Assembly: GCA_051362555.1 (NCBI GenBank)
Contig: CM120645.1
Coordinates: forward strand, 7,006,001 to 7,070,000
DNA from: Lingula anatina
Lineage: Eukaryota; Animalia; Brachiopoda
Reading direction: 5' to 3'
Length of the DNA stretch: 64,000 bases
A program made the translations under genes and the position numbers. Positions 48,139 through 61,700 of this stretch are shown piece after piece (positions within the stretch are counted from its first letter, which is position 1; the number at the start of each line of letters is the position of its first letter). The notes under the pieces were generated by a model that was not told the origin of the DNA, searched no databases, and worked only from the letters and a program-made list of their open reading frames with translations.

Positions 48139-51100
48139 ATGGCTGGAAAGGAGGAAGCGCACAAAACAGTAAATATCACAGCTAAATTGCTTATACATTT
48201 TTGGTTAAAGGTCTTTGCTATCATATTCAGTATGTGGATTTCACGGTAGACACATTAATAAGATACCACAGTATCAATGACACTTAAGATTTAAAAAGGG
48301 TGAATGGTTGAATTTTTCTGTCACCTTAAAATGAAAGTGAAACTCATCAGAAGCTGCTTAATTAATTGTGAAACATGCATAAAATGTTCATTATTTAACT
48401 TAACAATCTAGTACTAGTAGAAGTAGCTAACTGGCATGTAATAGAAATAAAACTATTATTTCAGACATGTCAGTTTTATGACCATCATTTATCTTATTTT
48501 TGTGATGTCAAATAAGACTAGCTGAAAAAATTTCTTCATTTAGAGCCTCTGTGGACCAGTGCTGGATCATATCTATGGGACGATCTATGGAAATTGCATT
48601 GGAGATGCCATTGGTTTACTAACAGAATTCATGTGCCGGAGAATGGCTAAACAGGTGATTTAATAAACGGCATGTTCATGAAATTTTCACAAAAAAATCA
48701 TATCAATGATATAGAACTGGTTAGAAGATCACATACCATTCTAGAATGCTGCCTCCTACCCTGATTTGAAATAACAGGCAGTTGTTGACTTTGATGTCCA
48801 TACCATGATAACATTTATAATACAAATTATTGTAATAATTCTTATAGGCAGTACTATAATATTGCAATTGTCATCAAAATTTGATAGGACATTAAATGTT
48901 CATCGTATGATATATCAGAAAGAACTGACTTCTCTTTGTTAAAATACATACATATGTTGTTAAGTTTATGAAAAACACTATAAGCATTGTATACAGATTA
49001 TAAAAATCCCTGTTTTATTTTAGAACTATGGAAAGGCAAAAGTTCTAGAGTACAACCTGAAAGTGCCAGATATGCATAGAAGCCGCTGGGAAGAAGGAGA
49101 TTGGACTGATGACTCTGACCAGATGATACTGATAATGCAGTCTCTCATTGAACACAATGGAGTGGTAAATGATCATTTTTATTTTGACAAATAAAATTCA
49201 GTTACATTTTGTCAAACCTGTGATAAATGAAAAAAGTTGTGCAATTTTGCCACGCTTAGCTCAGAGGCTATCAATCAGTGCTTTGTTCTTGAGCATTGCC
49301 AGTTGAAATCAATGTAAGTGGAAGCACTAGTGGAAGTACTAGTACTATGGCTCCAAGATCGGTTACAGAGGGGTGAATTTCACCATTTTCTGTCGCAATT
49401 TTTTCAGCTTCATTATCTGGAAGTATTTGGAAGAATGTGTCAGGATTGATGACTGATCCCCTCTGACCCTGTTAAAATATGTATCTTAAATGCCATCGAA
49501 AGTCATCAACTTTTACTTTGTTCATGAAAGCATTATTAAAATGCATTCCTTCTCTGCTATAAATTGTTTTAATTTTTTTATTGTTGCAATATTCATGTCA
49601 CTGTAAAGTGTCATGCTAGGTATAATTTACCCAGCTTTTAGATGTTTGTTACATTTTATGTTACAGTGTATTTATGGTTAACATTTATATCTTTCTGTGT
49701 TTCCAGGTAAAAGAATGTGACTTTGCTTCCAAGATGATATTTTGGATGAAAAACGGGTTTCCAGAGCTTGGGGATCATGGTGGCATGGGTATAGGAGCCA
49801 CAACACATGCTGTCTTGTCTAACAGAGATTTCTTGACAGATCCCCATAAAGTAAATGCAGTTTGGAAATGAATCCTTTATTTTTGCTTTGTGTTCTCAGT
49901 TTCTTGTTCTTGAGTCACTTCTGTCATGACAATACTTGTAGAACAGTACAGAATACAAATGAGAGCCTGAAAACACCTGATTTATTCTGATAAATTGAAA
50001 CTTGCTCAGTGGTTTTGTTTCAGGTGTACCTTAGTGAAAAAAGGAATAATACTAATTACTAACGTTCATTGTAATGAGTGTAATTGAATGAGACTGAACT
50101 GACAATGCCTTTTCACCAAGTGTCTTTAACACCCACTGATTTATAATAAGTGAAGTTGTAGAGTAGTGGACAATGGTCATTTCAGGCTGCACACCATGCA
50201 TGGGAAAAGTTTAACCGCAGGGCTGCTCCTAATGGTGGAGTAATGAGGACATCAATACTGGGGATTTATCAGTTTGATAACATAGAAAAAGTTATTGAAA
50301 ATACCTTGAAAATTTGCAAAGTGACTCATGCAGATCCCAGGTACATGCTGGTGTAATGAAATATATTTTAACACTATTTTATATGTTAAAATTGCATTTT
50401 AGTAGAGTATGTTATTTTTGATAGATGTGCTCATCAAAATATTTTCAGGCACTACCCTCACAGTTTGCACTGTACAGAGTACATTGTGAGATACTGTTAC
50501 TGTAGCAGCAGCTTATGGTTATGTTAAAGTGTTTCAGTAATTTTTTTCCAATAATTAAAAATATCTCTTGCAATATCTCCTTAGTATTTGCAAATATAGT
50601 CTACATTTGGAATTTTGTATAAGATTTTCTGTTTCATTTGTTGTTACTTGTAATTGTCCCCAGACCTGTGCCTTTGCATTTTTTTTCATTTTAAGGTGTT
50701 TAGCATCATGTGTGGCTGTAACCACTGCAATAGCCATGATGCTACAGAGACAAGAAAAACACTTTGATGCAAAGAAAGGAAAATTTAAAATTGACACAAT
50801 AATTCAAGACTCTTATACTTATGCTAAAGAACAACTCCCACCATTGAGTGAAGATGAGAGCGTTCAACAAGCTGTAAGTTGAGTGTATGTAATTTCATAC
50901 AATATTTGCAGTTCTTAATAAATGCCATTGACTTCTGGCAAGTGACTTCTGGCAAATTATATTTTAATTAACTTACTACTATGTCATTTCATACAATATA
51001 TATATAGAGTGCTATATTATTCAGTTTGTGTAAATTAGAAAAATTTGATTTCTGAAAACTCTTCCTGACAAATTTTATTTTTTGAAAATTCACCATTTCA

Positions 51101-51915
51101 GCACACAGAACTGAAGGAGCACATGTTTGCTAAAGACTTGAAAAGCCTTGTATTAGATGAGCCAGATAAGATAGGATACACCTATAAATGTCTAGGAGCT
51201 GGCTTCTGGGCACTTCAGCAAAAGGACTTTAGAAAGGCTCTCTCAAGTCTGGTGATGGAGGTAATCTTTATTGATGTTACTGTAACAGCACTAATCAGGG
51301 GTGGATCTAAAGATATTTTCTGACTGCCTTCTCCATTGTCTTCATTGATCCACCCTCTATTTTTGACTTTCTTCTGACAAAAAAATTAGATGCCTGTTGA
51401 TGTAAACTCAAAAATTCTGACCGTCTTCTGGAAGACCTAAGAGTCAGCTTCTGTCCACCCCTGAATATGCCTTCATAAATTAGATAATGATTGAATTTTG
51501 GTACTTTATGAGAGCATTTACATCAAGAAGATCATTCATTGAGAGACTATTAAAGGATTACACGGACTTCCTTTCATGTAGGTCCGCCATATTTAGGTCT
51601 CGGCCTTGCTAGACCTCGGCTCTTCTCAATGTGAATGCTTTCTGTGCAGCATGTACTAGTACATACATCAGTAGTCATGATCAGATCTCAGCATACAGAG
51701 TGGCATCCTTGCTCTAACTTTCAATTTCCATATTACATTTTAGAGGTATCATTCACAAATATGTGTTTTTACATTACCATTTCAAAATATACTACCTTAT
51801 TTATCTGCCAATCCAGAAAAAACTATGGATTATGATACTCAGTATTGTGGATTTTAACTAAGTATGAATAACTGTATTGTAGTGATAAAAAGTACTGCAA
51901 AAACACACACACATA

Positions 51916-51950
<35 letters not shown>

Positions 51951-52718
51951 AAAGTCCAGTATTGTACCATTAGAGTGAACTTGTGATAGTAAATAACACA
52001 TTTTGGTTTGTTTCCAGTCTAAATGTGTGACTGTGTGTGTGATTGTGTGTATGAGCATGATCAAGTCTATATGCTCGCATATACCTGTGGAAACATAATG
52101 TTGAATTTTCTGACGCATTTCCCCACATCTTCAGGGTGGAGATGCAGACACCAATGGGGCAGTAGCAGGAGCACTCCTGGGGTGCAAACTAGGGGCAAAG
52201 GAGCTGCCAGAATCCTGGAGAGACAAACTGAAACATAAGGAATGGCTTGATAATATTATAAAGAAGTAAGATTATTTCTTGTGTATCATACCAGTATGTT
52301 TGCACATTTATCAGTTCTGCTGACTGTACTATAGCAGTTAATAATCATTTATTATAATTACTATCATCTCTTGTAAAATTGTAGGCTTCATGGTCCTATT
52401 CCATCTTACTGTGCCATGCTCTCTGTTGTACACCAAGGATTGTGGTGTATTTGTGGTATAACAGGGAGTATACCCACAGAAAATCTGCATAAAGCTTTAC
52501 TGTTCATGGTCTAGAATTAATTGTAGGTATAACATGCCTGATCACATGCATCACAGCCATGTTATCACAACCAGGTTTATAACTTTGATTTTAAAGTTTT
52601 AGATGCAATTTAATTGTAATTTTTGTTTACTTATAGGTTTCTAGAACTAATGGAACAGAGACATGATCCTGCACTCAAAGAAACTAAAGATTCTTCAGAA
52701 CCTACACAGTCTGTTTAG
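48139..52718 (+). CDS. ADP-ribosylglycohydrolase family protein (ADP_ribosyl_GH; DraG/Tri1-like)
   Basis: 9 exons, approx. 48139-48168, 48544-48654, 49024-49164, 49707-49850, 50186-50340, 50696-50873, 51103-51260, 52135-52265, 52637-52718. Family motifs: GTIYGNCIGDAIG, GDWTDDSDQM, AAPNGGVMR, THADPRC, GGDADTNGAVAGALLG, LPESW. Confidence 0.93.
51296..51463. mobile_element. Small MITE in an ADP-ribosylglycohydrolase intron
   Basis: 10 bp TIR CAGGGGTGGA / TCCACCCCTG flanked by AAT on both sides. Related GGGG(C/T)GGATC ends occur at ~5870-5886 (- strand) and ~12343. Confidence 0.5.
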
Positions 52719-55152
52719 TACCTACAGTACATGTGCTGTCTGGACCTAAGTTGTCAGAGGAGACCATGTTAATGTCCAATTTTGTCAGACTACCTATAGT
52801 TTATGTCTGTTTCAATATCATCTTCACTTGTGCAATCCTGTTACCTGATGGGTTTATGAATGGGGAAATATGAAATCAAATTAAGTCTTTCCCAATTTAA
52901 AGTTGTATGGCTCATATTAATTTGTTTATTTCATTTTCATTAATATCATTATTTATTTATTGATACAAAATGAAAATTTCAAATGGTTTATAGCAACCAA
53001 ATTTGAAAATTTGGCTTTTTTTCTGGGGGAGGGGGGGGCATTGTTGATTAAAGATAATCAAACAGTCATTGCTCAATATAATCAAAACCAGCTTTTGAAA
53101 CAAATGTATTGCTTAACCCTGGTTGTGCACCTGAATTACATTTTGGGACCAGTTTTTAAATTAGTAAAATATTCTGTATGTGAAAAATTAAAATTTTGCA
53201 TTGCTGCTAATTTGCATGCAAGAACATCTTTAGTTTGCAGGAAAAATGTATACTCTTGTAAATTTGTAAGAGTTGGTGGCAGGTGTGATATTTTGCTAAG
53301 GGAGATTTTATGTATTATGGAAACTGGAGGCTAGTAGTCTCATCTTCAAAAACATGAAAACAGCAAGACATATGACAACTTGCTGTTGTTGTACAGGGTA
53401 GATAATTGAAAGGTCTAGTAAGTTTCAGTATATTGTTCTTAAAACTGTAAATGGCTTGACACTTTTCATTTAGAGTAAGTTTTAGATTTTAAATTAATTG
53501 TAAGTTTTGTCAGGTATTGCGCCTATTCATTCTCTATTTATCAATGGTGCATTGATAGGGATTTTTGTGTAAATGTTTTTATTCAATTTTAAGTTTTTAA
53601 ATTAGTTACTAAGTTGTAAATTTTGTGTGCAGTTATAATTTTACTATAGATAGAAATATACCTTGAAAAATAATTAAAAAATATCTGTGGTTATAGCTGT
53701 ATTTCCTTTATTTTTCCTTTCCACCATCTTAATACCATGAAGTGTATGGTGTATAATAAGCAACATTTTGACGGGGTCTGAAAAAAAACATGAAATCCTT
53801 TGAGTTATTTATACATAAGATTGAGTGTCTTGTTCAACAAGACCTGCAAAGGTTCTATATTAGCACTTTAACAAAATTTTTAAAAGATCCAGTTTTCTAG
53901 CATGTTTTAAATACTTGCTTAACAGCAAATCACTTTTACATACACCAGACTAGTCTAGCAATTCATGGTTTAAAGTATTCATGTACTTTTTCAATGATGA
54001 CAAAATCTGTTCTCAGTAAATAGTGTATGTGTCTGGATCTAACTGTTATGCTGTTTGTTAAAAAAGACAATTTATACATACTATCTGAACTCGATGGGAA
54101 GCGTACACTATTTCGATTTTGAAAACATTCCCCTTTCCTTTTTTGAACACCATGGTGTCTTTAAGTCATGTCACTTGCTTTGTATAAAATGAAATTGTCA
54201 CCTGTGTGGCACAATTGATTGCAACTTCACTGGTCAGGAGATAAAAACGAAAGCAATATGTGAATTGTCATATTCAGCAGTCCTTCAAGCTTAAACTACT
54301 GTAACAGTAATATCACATTTAGCAGTCCTTAAAATGCTAATATCAAGGGGTTTGAATTCCAAGCCAAAAGCTACATTGCGTACATAGATAATTCTTGTAA
54401 GTGTCATTTTAACAGAAAATTCACTAAAATAATAAGTGCGAGGAGTAACTACACATTTTGGCTTTCTTCATCGCAAATGTGCCCATAAACTGTAGTGCAG
54501 ATGCTGAGCTTACTCATGCCCCCACATTATTGAGAGAACTAAATCTAGGAATACAGACAATTTGTAAAAAGTGATAATGGTAGAAAATTATTGAAAACCT
54601 ACAAAAAGTATGCTCTGCATACCAGTATATGTGAGGAAGATATTGAACAAAAACATAAATGTACTGACCCTTTAACAGATAATCACTGACAAAGGTTTGG
54701 CACCTTTATATTCAATAACTTAACAATACTCACAACCAAAAGAGCACAGGGATGATAAACAAACTTGCAGGTTCAATGGTCAAGGCTAAAAACAATATTG
54801 GAAGTGTTATTGCAATTTTGAAATGACATGGTTAAGTTAAGCCTGGTTTGATTCACCTTTCCTGCTAGGATTCTACATAAAATGAAAACATGATGTATAA
54901 AACAGAACTTTCTGAAATGCTCAACCTGAGTATCTCTGAACTCATTCTCAAGGTGACTCAGTAACTAATACGTAACTATCCAGGTTTTGTATTATTAAAG
55001 GATAATAAAAAGCATTATTGTCATATCAATCTGCTAAAGTCCTTCAATATGACCTCCTCAATTAGCCACAAAGATATACAATTATTTTGTCCTTTCAAAC
55101 ACCATCCAATCATGCCATATACTAGCTGGGACACTGCACAAAATGAACATAT

Positions 55153-55367
55153 GGGCGTATTCCCAGAGCTTTTAGATCGATCTATCCCCGCAGGGAGTCT
55201 CACTAGATAACTGTCAGATAATTTGGCTTAAATGTCCGTCACGCCTACTACAAGCTGTAAGGGGGTCATTAACTTTTGTGCCCGCTCGGCTGACAGCTAT
55301 TTAGCGTGAAACCCCAGGTAGTTAGGTCGATCTAAAGTAGATCGATCTAATCTCTGGGAATGGGGTC
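55153..55367. mobile_element. PIF/Harbinger-like MITE between the convergent 3' ends of the hydrolase and CRBN
   Basis: Imperfect TIRs (ATTCCCAGAG...TTAGATCGATCTA / TAGATCGATCTAA.CTCTGGGAAT), inner arms CACTAGATAACTGTCAG / CTGACAGCTATTTAGCGTG, TAT duplication at 55150-55152 and 55368-55370. Confidence 0.6.
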
Positions 55368-55723
55368 TATGTTTTGTCATTTAGTTTTGTTATAGACAAA
55401 TAGATAAAATTTTCAACCAAATTAGACATCACCATCTGGCAAAAGTTATATACTCCAAACCAAATCAATTGGCTATATCAATCATTAAATGGAAATACTG
55501 CTGAAGCACAATCTGATCAGTCGGACCTACAAGTCTGGATCAAGTGGTTTGCCTTCTGTCCAATCCCTGCCTGCCACAGAAATTAAATAGTTACTCTTCT
55601 GAATATTATGAGCCAATGACTCAAATTCTGCCTTTCATCCACAACCATGTCAGTCACTATAGACGCTCCTTTTAGACCACTGACCCTTGACCAATCACTG
55701 ACCAATCATTTGAGGCATTTTCC

Positions 55724-58700
55724 TTAGACCATTGGCTCCCAAGCGGTCTGTCCTTCTTCCAGCTCCAGGCCTGGTACTATGGAGGCCCGAGTAAGACCCC
55801 AGAACTTGCTAGGCTGCAGGTTCTTCTTTACTGCGTTAAACCTCCAGCCTAGATGACTGCCACACTGGTGGCAATTGATTATAGTCCAAGCATAGCTGAA
55901 AGCCAAACAATAAAACATTAATAATAATAATAAATTATCAAATATCATGAGAATTGTAAGACTTGAACTGATTTTCAGCAAACACTGAAAAGATTACGTT
56001 TAACAGAGTGACATAGTTTTAATATGTTTGACGTAGAATTCATGACTTGCGGGGCATTATGGATATTACGCCTCTAATTACTAGTACATATCTGTCCCAA
56101 TACATACCCTGGGAACCAACTATTCTCTGTCTCAGGTCTCCCCACATGGTGGAGACCTCTGGCCCTGTACACGGTTAACGTCTCATGAACATAACCACCT
56201 GGGTTCACGTACGCTGCCATGGGACCTTCGGCCGCCATCACAAATACATCTTTCTTGTCTGCTATGTGGTGCTCACAGTCCTTACACTGCAGAACTGTGC
56301 ACTGGAAGGTAAGGTAGAAGAAATTATAGTCAAAGACCATGTTGCTCAAACTCTGGAGTGAGTAGTGAGAAAAGGATTATCAGAGTCAGTAAAATCTATT
56401 AATAAACAAATGTTCAATTTCTGTATTTTAATGATGGTCTTAAAAGTATCTGGTTAGAAAAAAAATTATAGAATCATATACTTTCATGATTAACTAGAGG
56501 ATCAGAGAGGCGATACCGCCTCCGAATATTGTACCACCAGCTGGGGTAAGCGCGATCGTATAGACCCCCACACACACAAAAAAGGGACACCACCACCAGT
56601 CTTGTGCTTGACAAGCTGTAAAAAATGCAATCAACAAGAATTCTCAAAATATGCAAAAAAAAAATATAACTAAAAATGGTACAATCAAAGTTCAGTTCAT
56701 AGTAAGGTAGGTCAAAGGTCAATTTCAAAACACAGTAAATTTCCAGTATATGACTTCCTATTCAAGTTCAATAGCAACTATGGACCTATCTCTGCCAGTT
56801 TTGGAGATAAAAGGGAACCAAAATTTGTAAACTTCAATTCATGATAAAAAGTAGGTCAAACATAAATTTCAAGGTCACACTTAGTTTGCCAGTATATGAC
56901 TTCCTATTCAAATTCAATAGTAACTATGGGCGTATCTTATCAGTTTTGGAAATAAAAGGGAACCAAAATTTGCAAAGTTAAGTTCATGGTTAAAAGTAGG
57001 TCAAAGGTCAATTTTAAGGTCACAGTAAATTGCCGCTAATGACTTCATATTCAAGTTCAATAGTAACTATGGACCTATCTCTAGTTTTGGAGATAAAAGG
57101 GAACGAAAATTTGCAAAGTTCAATTCCTGATGAAAAGTAGATCAAAGGTCAATTTCAAGGTCACATTTATATTGCCAGTATATGACTTCCTATTCAAGTT
57201 CAATAGTAACTATGGACCTATCTCTACCAGTTTTGGAGATAAAAGGGAACCAAAATTTGTAAACTTCATATCATGATGAAAAGTAGGTCAAAGGTCAATT
57301 TCAAGGTCACACTTAGATTGCCTCGCATGACTTTCTATTCAAATTCAATAGTAACTATGGGCGTATCTCTGCCAGTCTTGAAAATAAAAGTATTAAAAAG
57401 TTGCAAAGTTCAGTTTATGGTGTAAAGTAGGTCAAAAGTCAATTTCAAGGTCACATTTAGATTGCCAATATATGACTTCCTATTCAAGTTCAATAGTAAC
57501 TATGAACCTATCTCTGCCGGTTTTGGAGATAAAAGGAAACCAAAATTTGTAAACTTCATATCATGATGAAAAGTAGGTCAAAGGTCAATTTCAAGGTCAC
57601 AGTAAATTGCCTCGTATGACTTTCTATTCAAATTCAATAGTAACTATGGGCGTATCTCTGCCAGTTTTGAAAATAAAAGCATTAAAAAGTTGCAAAGTTC
57701 AGTTTATGGTGTAAAGTAGGTCAAAGGTCAATTTCAAGGTCACATTTATATTTCCAGTATATGACTTCCTATTCAAGTTCAATAGTAACTATGGACCTAT
57801 CTCTGCTAGTTTTGGAGATAAAAGGGAACAAAATTTGCAAAGTTCAGATCATGGTTATAAGTAGGTCAAAGGTCAATTTCAAGGTCACAGTAAATTGCCT
57901 CGTATGACTTTCTATTCAAGTTCAATAGTAACCATAGACCTATCTCTGCCAGTTTTGGAGATAAAAGGGAACAATATTTGCAAAGTTCAGTTTATGGTGT
58001 AAAGTAGGTCAAAGGTCAATTTCAAGGTCACATTTAGATTGCCAGTATATGACTTCCTATTCAAGATCAATAGTAACTATGGACCTATCTCTGCCAATTT
58101 TGGAGATAAAAGGGAACCAAAATTTGCAAAATTCAATTCATGATGAAAAGTAGGTCAAAGGTCAATTTCAAGGTCACATTTATATTGCCAGTATATGACT
58201 TCCTATTCAAGTTCAATAGTAACTATGGACCTATCTCTACCAGTTTTGGAGATAAAAGGGAACCAAAATTTGTAAACTTCATATCATGATGAAAAGTAGG
58301 TCAAAGGTCAATTTCAAGGTCACATTTAGATTGCCAGTATATGACTTCCTATTCAAGTTCAATAGTAACTATGGACCTATCTCTGCCAGTTTTGGAGATA
58401 AAAGGGAACCAAAATTTGCAAAGTTCAATTCATGATGAAAAGTAGGTCAAAGGTCAATTTCAAGGTCACACTTAGATTGCCAGTATAATTATGATTTCCT
58501 ATTCAAGTTCAATAGTAACCATGGACCTATCTCTGCCAATTTTGGAGATATAAGGGACTAAATGTTATAATTTTGGAGTTACAATAATGTGCCATAAATT
58601 TCGTACAGAAAAAATTAATTAAAATAAAGAAAAGGTCATTTTGGCCAAAATTCTTGAAATGGGAGGTGCTCTGAAGTTCCAGATGTTCAAATGTGATGAA

Positions 58701-61700
58701 ATAATGTCATTTGTGATCACAGGTTGTCTGCCTCGCCAAGCCTTATGTTTTATTTTTCGGGAGTTCAAAATTTATTATCCATTACCGTACTGCACATTTT
58801 GCTTTCACCACCAATATGTACTTTTTGATACAGCGTAACTCGAAAACCGTATGGAATACAAAAAAACGGAGACCACTTCCAGTGTTGGGCTTTACATGCT
58901 CTACAAAATGCAAAAAAGAATGGGTCTCTAGCACTAACGGTTCCCGAATTAGAGACAGTTTTCAGTTTCGGTATCTTATGGCCGCTACTCCCGTGAAAAT
59001 GCACCGATTGACCCCAAATTCACAGAGATGAAAGATGACCCAAAGGGTAACACTTTCCAGTAATATTATTGGTTAAGTCTGTGTAGTGTCTGAAAAACAG
59101 CGCAAAAAAAAATTTTTTTGTAAAAAATTTCATTTTTTTGAAAATTTTGGCCCGTTTGACCTTGAAATAAAGGTCAAAGGTCAAATCCAAGGGCATATTT
59201 GAAATCTACACATATGATTTTGGAAAGCCGTCTGTACAAATTTTTCCCATAATTCCTTCCGTAGGGTAGATAATTAGCATTTAATTTTGCCATTTTTGGA
59301 CAAGGGTGCATTGCAATGAGTGCCACACCTAGACCCCAATACCGACAAAGCCCAAATTTTACGTGGAACGAGTTGAGATTATAGGTGACCTAAATCCAAG
59401 AGATGGGTACGCAGGCCCTAGTAGTCTAGGAGGAGAAGCGGTAACGGTGACTTGGCGGCGGAGCCGCAGGGGCCGGCGGAGCCGCAGGAGCCGGCAGAAC
59501 ATACAGGTCGGGACTAAAACCATGTGTACCGCCAGCGCCTACGCTGGTGGTACAATAAAGAGCAATTACACAAGTAACCTACATTTAATTAAATTTATTA
59601 AATCCACTCTCATTTCCTTCTTTTAGTCATCTTCAAAATGCCATGCCTTACAGGTAGAATACACACAATGCCATTTGGTCTCTTTAAAAAGGAAAGACTT
59701 TTCTACTGTCATTACACATGTCAAAAGACAAGACAAAACTATTTTACCAACATACCTTTTGTAAAATATTCAGTTCACTCCTGAGCCTCTGTACTGCGCT
59801 ATCCTTTCTCAGTATACGGAGTCTCATCTCGTCACTAATGGGCAGGTTTCCCAAAACCCAATAGGAAAACTCGACGGGATCTTTGGGCATCTTGTCTGTC
59901 GTCAGGGTCCTGTTCCAGCTCTGCAACTCACTGCGGACTTTATGCATTAACAAATCCTGCAACAAAAACAAAATGGCATATTTCAATAAATAGAATAAAC
60001 GAGGACACTGTGCTCAAAGCTGCTGCTTGGATCTCCGAGGTTTTTGCATATTAATATATATCTTTTAGTTTCAGATGTTCCATGCCAAGATTTTCTTCCA
60101 CTAAACTTGAACATAGGTTTTACTTTCAAACTGATCTCACTAAATTTGTAAAATGTAGGATAATTTAAAAACCTTTCCTTGGTGAGGTTTAATTCTCTAC
60201 ACTACTTCTAGCCTAGCCAATTTAAATGAGGTTAATTGTAAAACTTAAAAGCAACAACTGTGCTTTTAAAAGAGGACACTTTTAGTTGAGTTACAATTAT
60301 ATTCAAACTACAAAGAATCACTCACTGGATCATACAGTCTATACACCCACGGTGGCCACCAGGTCAAGTATGCACAAGAATGCCTCCCTACCTAGAAAAC
60401 ATGTCAAATTATTTTGATATAGTCTATTATTTAATGACATTTGAAATGTCAGATAGCTTTTCAGCTGATATGTCTGTTTTTATTCTTAAAATAGAGTGGG
60501 CACTGAAGGAGGAAATTACAATCATTAAAAGAAATAAATGTGGCACCTTCTGAAAGCAAAACTTGCATTTCAAAGATGAAACTGTATTCTCTGCTTTTCC
60601 AAATGTAAAAAAAATGTATATGTTTAATTAAGATAATTATAATAATGCAAGTTCAACATAGTCATGAACAGCTTTTTTTATTAAAGAAAGTGAAATCAAA
60701 ATAGTTAACATTTAAATGCCTAGAAAAAACAAAAACAGATATAACCTGGCTAGAAATTAAACCATTTCCCTAAGACAAAACCATAACAGCAAGATCCCAG
60801 TTCCAGAAACACATACCTCCCTTTTCATCTTCCTCTGTGTCTGACGAGTGACAGCTTCGGGCATCCCATAATTATCATACACCTCACTGGTCTCAGAGTC
60901 CCAGAGAGTAGGACACCTGCAGAACTTTGTGTGAGATGGAGGCCTGGCGCCCTCTAGTGCCTCTGGGAGATACCTCTCTGGGAGAATACGCACCTTGGCC
61001 ATGCTGATGCTGTTGATAGGAGAAAAGAAAAGAAAAGGAAATGTTGTTATAATAAAGAAGGATGATATTTCTTTTTAAATAGGAAACATTTTCAAGAAGA
61101 AATCATCCCACTTCATGTAATTTTTGGCACCAAGAGATATCAAATAATTTATTTTTCAGTATAAATACAGTAATTATTGATGTTTTTTTAATCTATATTA
61201 TTTACCATTAAGTCTTAAAAGACACATACCCATCTGTTCGTCTTTGTGTTTCCTGTATCTGAAACCTCTGCCTTCCCATTGCTTTCACTCTCATAGTCCT
61301 GATGCCACTGCCATCATCTAGCTCATCTTTCATGTACAGCACCTCAGCTGTGGTGCCCAGTGTAGCTAGAGTGGGCTGGAGCCGGTCTGCTGCATAACTA
61401 GTGTGAAGAGAGAATTTGCTAATTTTAATTAAATACCAATTCATTGCTCTGGTTTGATGTGCAGTGTTACTTAAATAAAGAGACAGTTTCACACACACAT
61501 GCACGCACGCATGCATGCACACACAACATATATTACATGTTAAATATAATAGTTATAAGATGAAGAAGCAAAAGTTGGCAGTGTAAGTATTATCTTTATT
61601 AAGTGTCGCATAATGAAATCAATGTCTATTTGTCATACTGTACAATAGAGAAAATTCCACACCATGCTAGCCTATCACACTACCTTGAAGTGACTAGGCC

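Noticed and set aside
52960-53334. 124 aa ORF downstream of the hydrolase
   Set aside because: AT-rich 3' UTR or intergenic sequence, non-ATG start, no recognisable motif.
56680-58556. Regular array considered as CRISPR or coding repeat
   Set aside because: Whole monomers are repeated with no unique spacers, and the ORF track shows no ORF in the array.
59363-59626. 87 aa ORF with RRSRRGRRSRRSR (protamine-like)
   Set aside because: Arises from the GC-rich microsatellite module of the Helentron-like element.
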